Shown here piece by piece: positions 62,169 through 64,000 of a stretch of 64,000 bases of DNA. Under the pieces are notes generated by a model, which saw only the letters and a program-made list of their open reading frames with translations, was not told where the DNA came from and did not search any database. The position numbers and the translations under genes are program-made. The stretch spans positions 512,001 to 576,000 of the forward strand of contig CAVYQE010000002.1 in NCBI GenBank assembly GCA_963770565.1, written 5' to 3'. Numbering within the stretch: position 1 is the stretch's first letter; every line of letters starts with the position of its first letter. Source of the stretch: an uncultured Actinomycetota bacterium (GTDB taxonomy: Bacteria; Actinomycetota; Actinomycetes; JAFAQI01).

Positions 62169-62819
62169 GTGCTTCGCCATCCAGGCCCAGCCACCGCCCC
62201 CCGCCGTCGAACCGCCGCGTACGCCGTCGTCGCGGCCGCGCTCTTTGCGCTGGCGAGCGGCTGTGGCGGCAACAGCAGTGGCGGGCAGAAGGCGAGCCCG
62301 GGCAACCTGCTGGCGGCGGCCATCCAACTCCAACAGCAGGGCAAGCTCAACGCGGCGAAACAGCTCTATGAGCAGGTCGTCCAGGCCCAGCCGGACAACT
62401 ACTACGCGCACTACGACCTTGGCGTCATCGCCCAGCAGGCGGGTGACGACACCGGCGCCCTAGCGGACTACGGCGCGGCGCTGACCGCCAATCCCAAGTA
62501 CGTGCCGGCGCTCTACAACGAGGCCACTATCTATGCGAAGTCCGATCCGGCGTTGGCGATCTCCACCTACCGCCAGGTCCTCGCGCTTCAACCCGTTGCA
62601 CCGACGGCGGCGCTGAACCTCGGGCTGCTCGAGTTCGCCCACGGCCAACGCCAGCAAGGCCTCCACGATCTCGGCATCGCGGTCAGCCAGGACTCGTCGC
62701 TGCTCGCCCAGATCCCGAAACACCTCCAGCACCTCGTGCAGAACGCGACCGCGTCCAACTCGTCCTCCCCGTCGTCCGGCGCGACCACGTCGTCGACGCC
62801 GACGACTTCGGCCTCCTGA
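62169..62819 (+). CDS. TPR-repeat lipoprotein
   Basis: Lipobox 'ASGC'; TPR-like 'AHYDLGV', 'ALYNEA', 'ALNLGL'; Ser/Thr-rich tail. Confidence 0.85.
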   Translation: MLRHPGPATAPRRRTAAYAVVAAALFALASGCGGNSSGGQKASPGNLLAAAIQLQQQGKLNAAKQLYEQVVQAQPDNYYAHYDLGVIAQQAGDDTGALADYGAALTANPKYVPALYNEATIYAKSDPALAISTYRQVLALQPVAPTAALNLGLLEFAHGQRQQGLHDLGIAVSQDSSLLAQIPKHLQHLVQNATASNSSSPSSGATTSSTPTTSAS

Positions 62820-62826
62820 GCCCGGC

Positions 62827-64000
62827 ATGCCACGCGTCTCCGTCTTCACCCCCACGCACAACTCGAGGTTCCTCGACGACTGCTTCCGCAGCTTGGTCGC
62901 GCAGTCCTTCCCGGACTGGGAATGGATCGTGCTGCTCAACGGAAAGGTCGCGACCTGGGCGCCGCCCGAGCCGGATCCCCGGGTCCGGGTCGAGCATGCG
63001 GTCGGGCGGATCCGCGGGGTCGGTGCCGCCAAGCGGGCGGCATGCGAGCTCGCGAGCGGGGACATCCTGGTCGAGCTCGACCATGACGACCGGCTGCTTC
63101 CCACCGCGCTCGCCGATGTCGTCGACGCGCTCATGACCAACCCGGGCGCCGCCCTCGTGTTCTCCGACTTCGCCCAGATCAACGACGACGGCTCGCCGAA
63201 CCACGACCGATGGAACCTCGTGAACGGCTGGGAGTACACCTCCGAGGCGATCGGCGGGACGTCGTACCTGCGCTGCCATGCGATGGCGGCGACGCCGCAC
63301 AACGTGGGCTACATCTGGTACGCGCCTAACCATGTCCGTGCGTGTCGCCGAGAGGCCTACGACAAGGTGGGCGGGTACGACCAGTCACTGACCGTTCTCG
63401 ACGACCAGGAGCTGATGATCCGGCTGTTCGAGATCGGCGACTTCGTCCACATCCCGCGCTGTCTCTATCTTCAGCGGATCCACCGACGAAACACCCAGTC
63501 CGAGTCGACCATCAACGCCGAGATCCAGGAAGGCACGGTCGAGCTCTACCGCGAGCACATCGAGTCGATGGCGCTGGCCTGGGCCCGCCGCAACGGGCTC
63601 GCCTGTCTGGCGCTAACCACTCCGACCAACATCGGCGAGATCGATCTCGACGAGCGCTTCGTCCGGATCATGATCGACCCGCTCAACCCCCGGTTCGACG
63701 TGCCCGACAGTGCCATTGGCGTGATCAAGGCGATCGACATCCTGCAGCGGATCCCCGACCGCGCGCAATTCCTCAACGAAACGCACCGCGCGATGGCGCA
63801 CGCCGCGGTGTTGCTGACCGACACCGCGAGCACCGATGGGCGAGGCGCCTTCCAGGATCCGAGTCATGTCGCGTTCTACAACGAGAACAGCTTCATGTAC
63901 CTCACTCAGGCTTCGCTGCGCCCGGCCATCCCGACGCTGCGCACACGGTGGCAGATGAGCCACCTCACGACGTACTACCCGTCACAGGTGCACGAGGACA
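62827..64000 (+). CDS. GT2 glycosyltransferase-methyltransferase-like fusion, paralog of 59015-60283 (3'-truncated by window)
   Basis: MPRVSVFTPTHN..., 'ELDHDD', 'IWYAPNHVRA', 'STDGRGAFQDPSHVAFYNENSF'; open to the window end. Confidence 0.88.
   Translation, partial: MPRVSVFTPTHNSRFLDDCFRSLVAQSFPDWEWIVLLNGKVATWAPPEPDPRVRVEHAVGRIRGVGAAKRAACELASGDILVELDHDDRLLPTALADVVDALMTNPGAALVFSDFAQINDDGSPNHDRWNLVNGWEYTSEAIGGTSYLRCHAMAATPHNVGYIWYAPNHVRACRREAYDKVGGYDQSLTVLDDQELMIRLFEIGDFVHIPRCLYLQRIHRRNTQSESTINAEIQEGTVELYREHIESMALAWARRNGLACLALTTPTNIGEIDLDERFVRIMIDPLNPRFDVPDSAIGVIKAIDILQRIPDRAQFLNETHRAMAHAAVLLTDTASTDGRGAFQDPSHVAFYNENSFMYLTQASLRPAIPTLRTRWQMSHLTTYYPSQVHED

Overview
High-GC actinobacterial chromosomal window, mostly core housekeeping synteny: cspB-like/DUF3027/MFS; groEL with two CIRCE boxes; otsA/otsB; tRNA-Thr; carD-ispF-cysS-rlmB; mshA-gpmA; hbhA-like; rsiG-like; ygfZ. 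It also carries a c-di-AMP riboswitch, a SAM-I riboswitch and one complete IS1182-like element. The most unusual region is the right end (58.1-64 kb). It holds two secreted, proline-poor collagen-like genes (GAQ/GND triplets), two paralogous GT2-glycosyltransferase/methyltransferase fusions (one with a degenerate SAM motif) and a TPR lipoprotein, suggesting a collagen-modification/surface-fibre locus. Other notable items: an 86-bp MIRU-like tandem repeat forming ATGA-coupled mini-ORFs, a HAD-LarE fusion, no ispD at its usual position, a paralogous pair of secreted proteins with an unrecognised Cys-pair domain, intergenic palindromic elements, and several apparent single-base frameshifts (decay or sequencing indels). 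All calls come from motif recognition and synteny; no database search was run.
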